NCBI RefSeq assembly: GCF_021378375.1
Contig: NZ_CP076228.1
Location: 1,050,001 to 1,082,000, forward strand
Reading direction: 5' to 3'
DNA length: 32,000 nucleotides
Source of the DNA: Wolbachia endosymbiont of Drosophila innubila
GTDB lineage: Bacteria; Pseudomonadota; Alphaproteobacteria; Rickettsiales; Anaplasmataceae
Each line of letters opens with the position of its first letter. The first letter of the stretch is position 1. The notes beneath the pieces were generated by a model. That model made no database searches. It was not told the DNA's origin and worked only from the letters and a program-made list of their open reading frames with translations. Both the position numbers and the translations under genes were made by a program. Below are positions 1-9,531 of the stretch, piece after piece.

Positions 1-1331
1 TTCCGATATCGATTCCTGGATATATAGTAGCGTTCGTCTATGTAAATACGCTAGAGTTTTCAGGTCCGGTGCAGAGCTTATTAAGAGACATTTTAGATTG
101 GAGCAAAGGTGACTATTGGTTTCCTGAAATAAAATCCCTAGGTGGTGGAATATTAGTAATGGGATTCAGCCTATATCCATACGTTTATATGTTAGTTCGC
201 TCAAGTCTAAAGAATGTTAGTAACTCAGTCACTATTGCGTCAACGCTTGGGTTCTCCTCATTGAAGAGCCTGTTTTCTGTTATCATACCCTCCATACGCC
301 CATCAATTATAGCTGGGTTGTCTTTGGTACTAATGGAAGTAATTACAGATTTCGGCACACCACAGTTTCTTGCTATCGATACTTTTACGACAGGAATATA
401 TCGCACCTGGTTTTTACTGCATGACAAATATTCAACTACTGTTTTAGCAGTTGCAGAATTAATTTTCGTTGTGATACTAATAGCTATCGAAAAAAAACTA
501 CAAAAAAAAGGAATATCTTACTCTTCAATCAATACCAATTCGGACTATCACAACAAACGGAGTATAAGTGGCGCTATGCCGTTGATCTTTCCTTATCTTA
601 TGTGTGTATTGCCGATCTTAATAGGTTTTATTTTGCCAATGATTCCGCTCATATATTGGAGCATAGAGAAGGGGTTTTTCATATACGAAGCAAGATTCTA
701 TAACATAATAGCAAATAGCATTAGTTTATCATTTATCACCGCATTAATCTCAATTAGCATTGCAATAATGATTGGATATACGGCGCGTAAAAATAAGGTA
801 ATCAACAATATAGCGCGTCTCATTTCTTTAGGCTACGCAATTCCAAATGCAATTATCGCAATTAGTATAATAATATTTTTAAGCAGAATATCCTCTTTCA
901 TTACTCAATATGTTGTGGAAATTAGCTTGGTAGGAACTATTGGCGCATTAGTTTACTCATATTTATTTCGTTTTTTTGCTATATCTTTCAAGGCGGTAGA
1001 GTCAGGGCTCAAAAAAACACCAAATGAAATTGAGTGGACTGCATATACTATGGGTCATGGACCTATTTCCACATGTTTGAATGTTCATATCCCTCTCATC
1101 AAGAAGAGTATATTATCGGGATTTTTGCTCGTATTTATGGATACTATCAAAGAGCTCACAGCAACACTCATTATAAGACCATTTAATTTTGAAACTATAT
1201 CAACTAGAATATATGAACTTGTAAGCGATGAGCGCTATAGAGAAGCTGCCCCATTTTCGTTAATAATAGTTATAATAGGCTTAATCTCTACAATAACCTT
1301 ATTTACACTTGATGATAAGGATAAAAAATAA
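1..1331 (+). CDS. Iron(III)-type ABC transporter permease (two-domain FbpB/AfuB-like), 5' end upstream of window
   Basis: Frame 3 is open from base 3 (PISIPGYIVAFVYVNTLEFSGPV) into the 420-aa track ORF. Multi-pass hydrophobic protein with a permease loop region (IIPSIRPSIIAGLSLVLMEVITDFGTPQFL..DTFTTGIYRTWF) typical of FbpB-type permeases. Stop TAA 1329-1331. Confidence 0.8.
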   Translation, partial: PISIPGYIVAFVYVNTLEFSGPVQSLLRDILDWSKGDYWFPEIKSLGGGILVMGFSLYPYVYMLVRSSLKNVSNSVTIASTLGFSSLKSLFSVIIPSIRPSIIAGLSLVLMEVITDFGTPQFLAIDTFTTGIYRTWFLLHDKYSTTVLAVAELIFVVILIAIEKKLQKKGISYSSINTNSDYHNKRSISGAMPLIFPYLMCVLPILIGFILPMIPLIYWSIEKGFFIYEARFYNIIANSISLSFITALISISIAIMIGYTARKNKVINNIARLISLGYAIPNAIIAISIIIFLSRISSFITQYVVEISLVGTIGALVYSYLFRFFAISFKAVESGLKKTPNEIEWTAYTMGHGPISTCLNVHIPLIKKSILSGFLLVFMDTIKELTATLIIRPFNFETISTRIYELVSDERYREAAPFSLIIVIIGLISTITLFTLDDKDKK

Positions 1332-2074
1332 ACGTAACCGTTCACACTTAATTCTTCAATCTCACTAATAGAAAGGCCAGTAAACTTAACAATAGTGTTG
1401 ACATCAACATTATTAGCCAGCATTGCTTTTGCGACTTCAATTTTCCCTTCAATTTTCCCTTCAATTTTCCCTTCAATTTTCCCTTCAATTTTCCCTTCAA
1501 TTTTCCCTTCAATTTTCCCTTCAATTTTCCCTTCAATTTTCCCTTCAATTTTCCCTTTCTCTATACCTTTTTGTATACCTTTCTCTTCAGCAAGATCAAG
1601 TCTGTATTCAAGAATGGCTTCTTCTTTGCGCAGATCCATTATTCTTTCTTCATAAGTTATTAGATCTTTTTCATTCCAGTGAAACTTATCTAATTCATCA
1701 TATGCTAGCTTTATTATTGGTGATTTTTCCGCAATTTTTCTGAGATCTTCGTCCGTTGTTTCATCTGCATATTTGAAAAAAATAGCCAACGGTCTACTAC
1801 ACTTTCTAGTTGTTCTTCTCTACTCTTAGGAAATTTTGGCAGCTCTATGAAGATAAATTGAAAATCTTTTAAGTCATGCTCATTGGTTTTCATCTCTTAT
1901 GGTATGGCTAGATATATAGTCAAGCTTATCAGGGAATAAGGTACAATTTGAAATCGCGATAAAGAAAATCTTCTTTAAATCAACGTATTTACCAGATTTA
2001 TCAGCTTGTCTTGAGTAAGCCTTAGCAGCATAAAGTTGTGCGCGTTTTTCAAAGCCCTTAGTTTTAGCGACCTG
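1235..2074 (-). pseudogene. Rpn-family (PD-(D/E)XK) recombination-promoting nuclease/putative transposase, 3' exon, frameshifted
   Basis: The minus strand from 2074 reads QVAKTKGFEKRAQLYAAKAYSRQADKSGKYVDLKKIFFIAISNCTLFPDKLDYISSHTIRDE. It then shifts frame to TNEHDLKDFQFIFIELPKFPKSREEQLESVVDRW, and again to FFKYADETTDEDLRKIAEKSPIIKLAYDELDKFHWNEKDLITYEER... These are family-typical motifs. The frame breaks sit at homopolymers 1887-1890 and 1776-1782. The open frame runs 97 nt into the convergent permease gene, so the native stop is uncertain. Confidence 0.75.
1436..1555. repeat. Perfect 12-bp tandem repeat x10 (ttcaattttccc), encoding (GKIE)10 on the minus strand
   Basis: Counted directly: ten identical 12-bp units from 1436 to 1555. 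They lie in the C-terminal region of the Rpn pseudogene and create three repeat-frame phantom ORFs in the track. Confidence 0.95.
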
Positions 2075-4368
2075 GTTAGGTAAGGAAGTAGTATGCTACT
2101 ACTCCCTCCCTTAGAAACGCAGCATGCAGGTTTCTCCACACTACGCTTGAGCCCCTTATCTAAGTCCTTCTTTTCTCGAACCGGCTTGTCCTTCATGATT
2201 CCTCAGAAAACATCATTCTTAATGGTGACACCAACAGCAGAGAACCTTCTCTTGAGAAAGAGCTTGCTAACATTTTTGTTTGTTTCACTCTTTCATCAAA
2301 ATACTTTTTCCATTTTAAGTCAAGTGGATTTGCATCCGCCCTGATTTTAACATGTCGTCTGATAGGTATATCAATCAACCTAAGCAGTCTTAAATACCTT
2401 ATCTCTTTCGGTTTGTTCTTGCATATGGGTGCAGCAAAGACCCATTGGCGTTGTTTCATTACCTTGAAGTAACGATTCTTTATCCAACGTAATCCTTTAC
2501 GAGGATGTCTTTTTCTTTGCCCATTTCCATAGAGCACACATAATTTCATGGTCTATTTTGTTAAAAGCTCTTTTCGCACACACATGGCTGTAGTAATTTT
2601 CCCATCCCCTTAATAGGGAATTGAGCAACTTGATTAGTACGGCCTGAGTGTTCGCTATGTTTGCCTTTATCAATGTACGTGCTTTATTAAGTTTCTTAAT
2701 ACTTTCTTTTGAAGGTTTTATAATTAACTTCTTATTATACCTGCGTACATTACAACCAAGAAAAGTCAAACCCTGTTGTAATAGATGTAATTTTTGTTTT
2801 CTCTTCGGAAAGGATAAGACCTCTCTCCTGAAGAAAGGACGATACTAGAGGTTTTACTTCATTTTCCAGTACTTCACGTGTGATTCCTGAAATGATAAAG
2901 TCATCTGCGTACCTGATTACATTTACTCCACTTCTGATTTTGCTTCTTCTTTTACTGCCAAGTTTACCAAATTGACTTTCCAATGATTTTTCAAGTCCAT
3001 TTAGGGCTAGATTTGCTAGTATTGGAGAGATGATACTACCTTGTGGGGTACCTGCAGTTGTGGAATACAGAGTTTTTGATTCTAGGAAGCCAGCTTTTAA
3101 CCAGCTATGAAGAATTTTCTTCTCCATAGGAATATGCTTCATGAGCCATTCATGGTTAATGTTATCAAAACACCCTTTAATATCACCTTCGAGTATCCAT
3201 TGTAGTTGGTTACGGCTTGCCAGTAACAAGTGGCAAGCCACAGTAGCGTCTGCGCAGGATCTTTTTGGTCTAAAACCATAAGAGTGACGATCACTGATCG
3301 TTTCAGCTATCGGTTCCAAAGCAAACAAGTATAATGCTTGCATGGCTCTATCTTTTATCGTAGGGATTCCAAGAGGTCTTCTTTTGCCATTAGACTTACT
3401 GATGTATATCCGTTTTAGCGGAGAAGGTTTGTATCCTCTTTGTTTTAATAGCTTTATTCCTTGAAATTTTGTGTTGCAAGTTGACCATATTTGACGATCT
3501 ACACCTGCTGTGTTTTTTTCCTGGTTTTCAGTTACTCTCTTAACCGCCAAAGCTTTGCCGCTAAAAGAGCGTGTGAGAAGGTGTTGTAAAGTTTTCACCT
3601 TACCCCATCTGCCTTGTTGGACAGCCTTAACAATACGCCTCTGTAGCCTCATAACAACTTTTTGGCATTTCTTCCAGGGTAACTGGTTCCATGCTTCGGA
3701 GTTATTGGTAGGTGCACTTACAGTTGTACTTGTAATCATCTGCTTTCCTACCTTAAGTGGTTAACAAAGTTTCTTGTCATGAAGGACCAAATGGAAGTCT
3801 GCTCGTTTTCACGCGAATTAATGTTACAAATTCTATCCATTTCGTTACAAAATGGCATTCGCTTTCTCCATTATCCTTTACCTGCACATCCATCAGCATT
3901 CCTTGCGGGTTGCCTGCCATATAGGCGAAAATACAGGCTTATCCTGTTCCTTTTGTCATACAATAGTGGGTTAGGTGGCTTCTCTATACCGGTGGAATTA
4001 TTATTTGCGTACATCCAGAAATGAAAAATGTCACATTACCTTTTGGTCGGAGCTTATCAGCATCTTTAGCTCTTTAATCGTTACGATACTTATGAAGCTT
4101 CACTTACGTTCACCATACCACTAAGCCTAGCCCTCCAACCACATGATGCTTGTAGTTTATGCTTTCTCTCACGATTGAGCATCTTCTTTATCAAGAGGAG
4201 GTTCATTGTCCGCGTCGCTCGGCACCAACTGGTTACCCAATTCGCACTGATGCGTAGACTCAGATGGCAAAACATCTGGTTCAATAAGCTTTAGAATCCT
4301 TTCAGTTTCTTTCTGAATGAATTCCTCTCCTTTTATAAACAATATGACCGAAGGCTTTCAGGTCGCAC
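2075..4368 (-). mobile_element. Group II intron no. 1 (2294 nt) inserted in sense orientation in the Rpn gene
   Basis: 5' end GTGCGAC begins at 4368, immediately after host codon ATG (..ARYVIEM). A 34-nt domain V lies at 2115-2148 (AAGCGUAGUGUGGAGAAACCUGCAUGCUGCGUUU, AGC triad, paired arms). The domain VI helix has a bulged A 7 nt from the 3' end ..CCUAAC at 2075. The host frame resumes at 2074 with CAG GTC GCT (QVAK..). An RT/maturase ORF sits in the position of domain IV. Confidence 0.85.
2193..3739 (-). pseudogene. Group II intron reverse transcriptase/maturase (IEP), split into three frames
   Basis: 329-aa fragment with RT motifs (RPLGIPTIKDRAMQ, YGFRPKRS, GTPQGSIISPILANL, YADDFIISG). 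It continues in other frames as FLGCNVRRYNKKLIIKPSKESIKKL..LLRGWENYYSH (maturase/X domain) and RHPRKGLRWIKNRYF... Frame breaks are at run 2771-2774 (gacTTTTcttgg where TTT restores GFDFLG) and run 2510-2514. Confidence 0.85.
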
Positions 4369-4620
4369 CATTTCAATCACATACCTAGCCCCACTAGAGT
4401 CCCTGCAAAGAACATCAACTATACTTTGCTTATCAGAGGCAATTTCAGGATCCATTATAGTACTGAGGAATTCCACTTCTTGTATAGTATTTATCTCGGT
4501 AAACCCTAAAATATCATTCAAGAAATGTATGAGAATATTCTTATTTTTTTCAGTGCCAAATATTTTTTTGAAGGTTAAATCCAGCTTAGGGTCGAGAAAC
4601 TTAGATAAAGCCATAGCCAA
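4369..4620 (-). pseudogene. Rpn-family nuclease/putative transposase, 5' exon (84 codons)
   Basis: MAMALSKFLDPKLDLTFKKIFGTEKNKNILIHFLNDILGF..DKQSIVDVLCRDSSGARYVIEM is the conserved N-terminus of the family (D..IVEMQ nuclease core). The reading frame is then broken by intron GTGCG at 4368. Confidence 0.8.
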
Positions 4621-4689
4621 AGTGCTTAAAAATATTAATAATTATACACTATTATTAACAATTATTCAACCATATTTTTGAAGATAGCT

Positions 4690-4844
4690 ATGCCGCCGCG
4701 AACCGTCATACCGCCGCGGTATCTTAGCATAGATCCCGCTAACAAGTAGCGGGATGACGAATTACTTAACCGTCATACCACCGCGAACCGTCATACCGCC
4801 GCGGTATCTCGGCATAGATTCCGCTAACTAGTAGCGGAATGACG
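4690..4844. repeat. Cluster of family-1 double-hairpin palindromic elements (two full 56-bp copies plus partials)
   Basis: Copies at 4704-4759 and 4789-4844: cgtcataccgccgcggtat-ct..gcatagat-(t/c)ccgctaac.agtagcgg(a/g)atgacg. Each has two short hairpins (ataccgc/gcggtat and ccgcta/tagcgg). Confidence 0.9.
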
Positions 4845-4897
4845 ATTGTGTATCGTGTTTTGCTAAAAATCACAGAATGCAGTCTGGTTACATTACT

Positions 4898-6061
4898 CTA
4901 GCTATACGCAACAACTTTACTTTCAACAATTTTGTGAGCAATAATACGACTTTCATAATCAATATTTATTATATCAGATAGTGAATTAATATCAGTATAA
5001 CTACCAAAACTTTCCATTGTTGATTCCACTACCTCTACTATTTTTAAAAAGCCGATTCGTGACTTCAAAAATTCATTAACAGCTATTTCATTTGCAGCAT
5101 TGAGCACAATACTGTTTGTTTGTGGAGCAGAAGAGTTTAACACTGCCATGCTAAGCTTTAGCGCAGGAAAACGCTTATGGTCTGGTTCTTGAAAGGTCAA
5201 TTTTCCTTGCTTTGTTAAATCTAATTTACGATTTAAAGCTGATCTTTCCGGCCAAGATAGAGCATATGAAATAGGAATTGCCATGTCAGTTTCTGCAAGC
5301 ACAGCAAAGTTGAACCCATCCTTATAAGTTACAATTCCATGTACTATTGACTCAGGATGCACTATTGCTTCAATTTTATCCGGGCTGATATTAAACAAGT
5401 TATGTGCTTCTATTATCTCTAGTGCCTTATTCATCATTGTTGCGCTATCAACCGAGATTTTCTTTCCCATATTCCAAGTGGGGTGACTAAGCGCCTTATC
5501 TACCATAACATTTCTTAATTGCTCAAGGCTATAATTTAAGAATGGTCCACCAGAAGCAGTAAGTATGATCTTTTCTACGCATTTGTCGTCATTTTGCAAA
5601 ATTTGAAAAATTGCATTGTGCTCAGAGTCAATAGGGATTATTTGTACATTTTTTTCTTTAGCTTTTTTGAGTAATAACTTTCCACCGCAAACAATGCTTT
5701 CTTTGTTTGCCAATGCAATGACTTTGGTACCGCTTTCTATAACTTCCATAACTGGCCCAAGGCCTGCAATGCCAACTATTGCAACAACTGAGAGATCAAC
5801 AGGTATGGTAGCAATATTTGTAGCACCAATTGCTATTTTTACATCTGTACCAAGTAAACTTTCTTTCAAATCTTTGTAAAGCCTTTCATCGGAGATAGCA
5901 ACATATTTTGCATTTAGCAGTTTTGCTTGGTGTGCCAGTAGAGCAAAGTTCGAATGGGCACTTAGTGCTTCCACTTGGTATTCTTCTTTTCTCTTTGAGA
6001 GCAAATCTACAGTCTTTTTTCCAACACTTCCTGTTGATCCCAAAACTGAAACCTTTTTCAC
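4898..6061 (-). CDS. dxr: 1-deoxy-D-xylulose 5-phosphate reductoisomerase
   Basis: 387 aa. N-terminal NADPH motif VLGSTGSVGKKTVDL, plus LANKESIV, PIDSEHNAIFQ and SHPTWNMGKKISVDSATMMNK, which are characteristic Dxr motifs. GTG start at 6059-6061. Confidence 0.93.
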   Translation of the reverse strand: MKKVSVLGSTGSVGKKTVDLLSKRKEEYQVEALSAHSNFALLAHQAKLLNAKYVAISDERLYKDLKESLLGTDVKIAIGATNIATIPVDLSVVAIVGIAGLGPVMEVIESGTKVIALANKESIVCGGKLLLKKAKEKNVQIIPIDSEHNAIFQILQNDDKCVEKIILTASGGPFLNYSLEQLRNVMVDKALSHPTWNMGKKISVDSATMMNKALEIIEAHNLFNISPDKIEAIVHPESIVHGIVTYKDGFNFAVLAETDMAIPISYALSWPERSALNRKLDLTKQGKLTFQEPDHKRFPALKLSMAVLNSSAPQTNSIVLNAANEIAVNEFLKSRIGFLKIVEVVESTMESFGSYTDINSLSDIINIDYESRIIAHKIVESKVVAYS

Positions 6062-6133
6062 TAAGACAAACTCATAACAACAGCAACTTTTCTTATTAGG
6101 CCTTCTTCCAATTATTCAATAGTTTTTAAGTGT

Positions 6134-6631
6134 TTAACCAAGTTCATGTCCGTGGTCATCGCCAACAGATGGTGAAGGACCAGGTGAAAAAGATTGACCA
6201 TGGTGATCACCTGCATCATGCATGTCTTGCAAACCATCAGCATTATGAGCTATTTCGTTATTGGTATGAGGGTAATCATCTGAGTGATGTCCATCATCAC
6301 CATGAGCCATATCCATTTCTTCTGATGGCATATCTTCCCCACCTCCACCTGAAAAATATTCTGCAAGGCCTTCAAGAAGTTTTATGCCAAACATATTACC
6401 TGACTTTCCAAACAATGTTACTAGACTACTGCCACTCACCAAACCTTCAAACACGTTACTATAAGCAGCAATTGCTCCTTCATGAAAGTTGAACAACCAT
6501 TTCATTCCATCGACAACTGTTGAAACAGAGTCACTATGACCAAGACCAAAACCACTTTTCTCACCAGCAGCCTCTTGGTGTTGCTGCTGCGCTTGCCATT
6601 CTGCAATGTTTGGACCTTGAGCTTCACTCAT
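6134..6631 (-). CDS. Hypothetical acidic His/Asp/Gly-rich protein
   Basis: 165-aa ORF, ATG preceded by gagag about 10 nt upstream. The C-terminal third is GGGGEDMPSEEMDMAHGDDGHHSDDYPHTNNEIAHNADGLQDMHDAGDHHGQSF..GDDHGHELG. The region looks locally more GC-rich than its surroundings. I recognise no family. Confidence 0.55.
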   Translation of the reverse strand: MSEAQGPNIAEWQAQQQHQEAAGEKSGFGLGHSDSVSTVVDGMKWLFNFHEGAIAAYSNVFEGLVSGSSLVTLFGKSGNMFGIKLLEGLAEYFSGGGGEDMPSEEMDMAHGDDGHHSDDYPHTNNEIAHNADGLQDMHDAGDHHGQSFSPGPSPSVGDDHGHELG

Positions 6632-6777
6632 AAATTTTTACTCTCAATCTTAAGCTATTATTTTATCACAAATATTGCAAAATATCAATAGAGCTTTTGA
6701 ATATAGCTAATACAAACAATTTCTGTCATCCTATATATAGCTAAACTGACTTACGACAATTTGAAAAACGACAAATT

Positions 6778-6841
6778 CGTCATTCCGCTACTAGTTAGCG
6801 GAATCTATGCCGAGATACCGCGAATGAATCGCGGTATGACG
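6778..6841. repeat. Family-1 double-hairpin palindromic element (64 bp, inverted relative to the 4.7-kb copies)
   Basis: cgtcattccgctactagttagcggaatctatgccgagataccgcgaatgaatcgcggtatgacg. Confidence 0.9.
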
Positions 6842-6951
6842 TGTTAGCTATAGGATCCAGTTTGAAAAAAATCTGAATTCCAATGTTCACTACCTTTTAC
6901 AAAGTTAAAACTTAAAAATATGACTGTTAGCAATAGTGTATATATCTTTAG

Positions 6952-7653
6952 CTATATATAATGAATGAATTTTTTTATATATTCGTTATTAGTATTTTGT
7001 ATTTCCTGAACAGTTCCATGGGAAATGATCTCCCCTTCATATAATACTGCTATTTTATCAGCTATTTTAAATGCGCTATGAATATCATGTGTAATCGTGA
7101 TAATTGTAGGGTTAAGATCTCTAGATAATTTTATTATTATCTCGTTTACTATATCTGACATAATTGGGTCCAATCCTGAAGTTGGTTCATCCAAAATAAT
7201 GATTTCTGGATTGTGTGCAATCGCCCTTGCAAGTGCCACTCTTTTTTTCATTCCACCTGATAGCTCTATTGGAAACATATCTGCTATGCTTTCCTCCAGT
7301 CCAACATCATTTAACTTCTCGATTGCTAGCTGTTTTGCCTCTTTTTTGCTGATATTAAAGCGCTTTTTATAATTAAAAGATATATTTTCCCACACTGTAA
7401 CGTAGTCAAATAAAGCGGAATTTTGAAATAAACCCCCAAATTTATTTTTGCTTTTACTATTTATTTTAACAGACCCTGAGTCTGGAGCAAGCAAGCCGAT
7501 AATTGTTTTTGTTAATACAGATTTGCCGCTTCCTGAGCCACCAAGTATGACTAATGATTCCCCTTTTAATATATCAAAATTTAGATCTTTTAGTACTGTC
7601 CTATCATCAAAAGATAAGCTTAAGTTCAATATTGATATTATGGGGTTACGCAT
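6952..7653 (-). CDS. ABC transporter ATP-binding protein, MlaF-like
   Basis: 233 aa. Walker A GGSGSGKS, signature LSGGMKKRVALARA, Walker B IIILDEPTSGLD. It is 8-nt translationally coupled to the upstream MlaE-like permease. Confidence 0.88.
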   Translation of the reverse strand: MRNPIISILNLSLSFDDRTVLKDLNFDILKGESLVILGGSGSGKSVLTKTIIGLLAPDSGSVKINSKSKNKFGGLFQNSALFDYVTVWENISFNYKKRFNISKKEAKQLAIEKLNDVGLEESIADMFPIELSGGMKKRVALARAIAHNPEIIILDEPTSGLDPIMSDIVNEIIIKLSRDLNPTIITITHDIHSAFKIADKIAVLYEGEIISHGTVQEIQNTNNEYIKKFIHYI

Positions 7654-8428
7654 GTATCAAAGTAATCATGTAGTTTGCTAAAATGATCAGTATGGACGAT
7701 AAAACAACAGTTGATGTTGTAGCAACACCTACTCCTCGTGCACCTTCTTTGCAATGGTAACCGTAATAGCAGCTTGAGACAGAAATTATGGCGCCAAATG
7801 CAGTTGCTTTTATTAGCCCAGTTATAAAATCATACGTATTAAAGAACTGAGCTGTGTGTTTAATGTATATATTTAAATTGTGGTTAAATTCGAAGACTGC
7901 AGTGATGCATCCTCCAAATATTCCTATTAAATCTGCACATACTGTAAGTATGGGAAATACTATGATTGACGCTAAAATCCTTGGTGCAATTAAATATTTG
8001 AAAGGGTTGATGTTCAAAGTTGTAAGGGCATCTATTTGCTCGGTGATGCGCATCGTACCAATTTCTGCTGCAACTGATGATCCAACCTTTCCTACCATTA
8101 TTAAGCTGATCAAAACTGGTCCTAACTCTTTAATGATAGTGATCGTAACAAGTTTGGGTATTATCTGTTCTTGGTTAATTAATGGGTCACTCAAGCTACT
8201 TTGTAAAACTATCGCCGCTCCTATAAAAACTCCAGTGAGCCCAACAATTGGCAGAGAGAAAAAGCCTATCTCTATAATTTGTCTTGCTATGTTGCTAAAA
8301 TAATATGGTGGCACAAGGCAGTGGTATAGAGATTGAATAAAAAATATGAATGCACTACCAAGCCTTAACAAAAAATTGATAAAGTACCTACCAATTATTC
8401 TAACACTATTTATATCAAAAAAGCTCAC
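7646..8428 (-). CDS. ABC transporter permease, MlaE-like
   Basis: 260-aa multi-pass protein. The pattern IIEIGFFSLPIVGLTGVFIGAAIVLQS..ELGPVLISLIMVGKVGSSVAAEIGTMRITEQIDAL is typical of the MlaE/Ttg2B family. GTG start at 8428. Confidence 0.85.
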   Translation of the reverse strand: MSFFDINSVRIIGRYFINFLLRLGSAFIFFIQSLYHCLVPPYYFSNIARQIIEIGFFSLPIVGLTGVFIGAAIVLQSSLSDPLINQEQIIPKLVTITIIKELGPVLISLIMVGKVGSSVAAEIGTMRITEQIDALTTLNINPFKYLIAPRILASIIVFPILTVCADLIGIFGGCITAVFEFNHNLNIYIKHTAQFFNTYDFITGLIKATAFGAIISVSSCYYGYHCKEGARGVGVATTSTVVLSSILIILANYMITLIHA

Positions 8429-8573
8429 TTTGTATTCATTTTAGCTAGAGGTTAGTCTTACTGATTTTATTAAAATTTTTATTAACTTTATCGCAAAGTA
8501 TAGCTGAGATATGTTTTAAGTTCAATATACTTGATGTTTTAATTTAAAGCTTAACCCAAGAAAGGTTTCCCTA

Positions 8574-9200
8574 CGTCATACCGCCACGGTATCCACAACT
8601 GTACGAACGTTGTAGTTTGGGAGCAATTCCCACCAGTGGGCCAGTGCCCAGACACTGGGATGGCTTTGTTGCATCGCTACTTATGAAAGGCTAACTATAA
8701 TTAGGATTATAAGCAACTTATTGAAAATCTTGTTTTTTTGCAATCAATCTGATCAAATTTAAGAATAGTAATTTGTTATTTATATTAATAAATTTAATTC
8801 TATTGAAAATAGCTAAAGCATTGAAATTCTTGAATTTTAGCCAGATTAGTGAGTGGTAGTGAAATTTCTTTTACTCAAATTTAGGTATTCACTGACCGTT
8901 CTTGTTATAAATACCAGAATAATAAGCTACTGATATTCCCTATCTTTTTTATCTTTAATCCATCATAGCTAGCGATGCAACAAAGCCCACTGGGATCCAG
9001 CTTCTATGCAACTTAATTAAAAACGTTTGTTTTAGCATAAGACAACTACCTTTAGCTCATCAGCTCAGTTATAAGCAAAATTTCTGGATTCCAGACTGGA
9101 ATGACATCATCTGTTGTGCAATTTACCTTCAAAAATGAATGTTCGTACAGCTATGGATTCATTCGCGGTATAGATTCCGCTAACGAGTAGCGGAATGACG
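8574..9200. repeat. Composite MITE-like region with imperfect inverted ends, built from family-1 and family-2 modules
   Basis: Left end: cgtcataccgccacggtatccacaactgtacgaacgtt. Reverse complement of the right end: ccgtcattccgctactcgttagcggaatctataccgcgaatgaatccatagctgtacgaacatt. There is also an inner inverted pair, ggctttgttgcatcgcta (about 8662) and tagcgatgcaacaaagcc (about 8970). Confidence 0.6.
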
Positions 9201-9338
9201 GTTTTTCAAATTGTAGAGCCACTTTAGCTATAGAACTCAATTACATAAGCAAACCTTACTTATTTTACTATCCCTGTTTACTTCCTGTAAAAAACATGTT
9301 ACTAATGAATTGAATTTTGTAGTAGAATGGAGGAAGTT

Positions 9339-9521
9339 TTGGCAGTTCCAAAAAGAAAAAAGTCAAAGTCAAGGCGTAATATGCATCGTTCTCATCATGC
9401 TATTGAGCCTAAGAATGTTGTGGTATGTTCAACAACTGGGGAATTCATGTTGCCTCATAACGTAGCAGTTGATGGCAGTTACAAAGGAAAACGGGTTTTC
9501 ATTAAGCAACAGGCAGAGTGA
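9339..9521 (+). CDS. rpmF: 50S ribosomal protein L32
   Basis: (M)AVPKRKKSKSRRNMHRSHH is the universal L32 N-terminus. TTG at 9339 lies 4 nt after GGAGGA (9329-9334). The track start ATG 9327 overlaps that SD and would add 4 non-conserved residues. Confidence 0.9.
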   Translation: MAVPKRKKSKSRRNMHRSHHAIEPKNVVVCSTTGEFMLPHNVAVDGSYKGKRVFIKQQAE

Positions 9522-9531
9522 CTATTATGAT

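Noticed and set aside
1235-1331. 97-nt convergent overlap between the permease 3' end and the Rpn reading frame as a functional overlap.
   Set aside because: The Rpn gene is already disrupted by an intron and two frameshifts. The family normally ends shortly after the ..TGLSI.EIE.L helix, so the overlap most likely reflects loss of the native stop rather than a designed overlap.
1348-1743. Three ORFs (KGKL repeats, FPSI repeats, LQFS repeats) across the 12-bp tandem repeat.
   Set aside because: They are alternative-frame or alternative-strand readings of the same (ttcaattttccc)10 array. Only the GKIE frame is continuous with recognisable Rpn sequence.
3779-4284. ORFs 3779..4024 and 4090..4284, likewise 20260..20463 and 20366..20617, and 1975..2344 near the intron ends.
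   Set aside because: They fall in the ribozyme domains I-III or V-VI of the two group II introns, have no family resemblance, and cross the structured RNA or the exon junction.
6130-6492. Plus-strand 120-aa His-rich ORF overlapping the minus-strand 165-aa ORF.
   Set aside because: It is the mirror reading of the same compositionally odd segment. It is shorter, lacks an RBS-like sequence, and would run head-on into the dxr start region. The minus-strand ORF was preferred, though with only moderate confidence.
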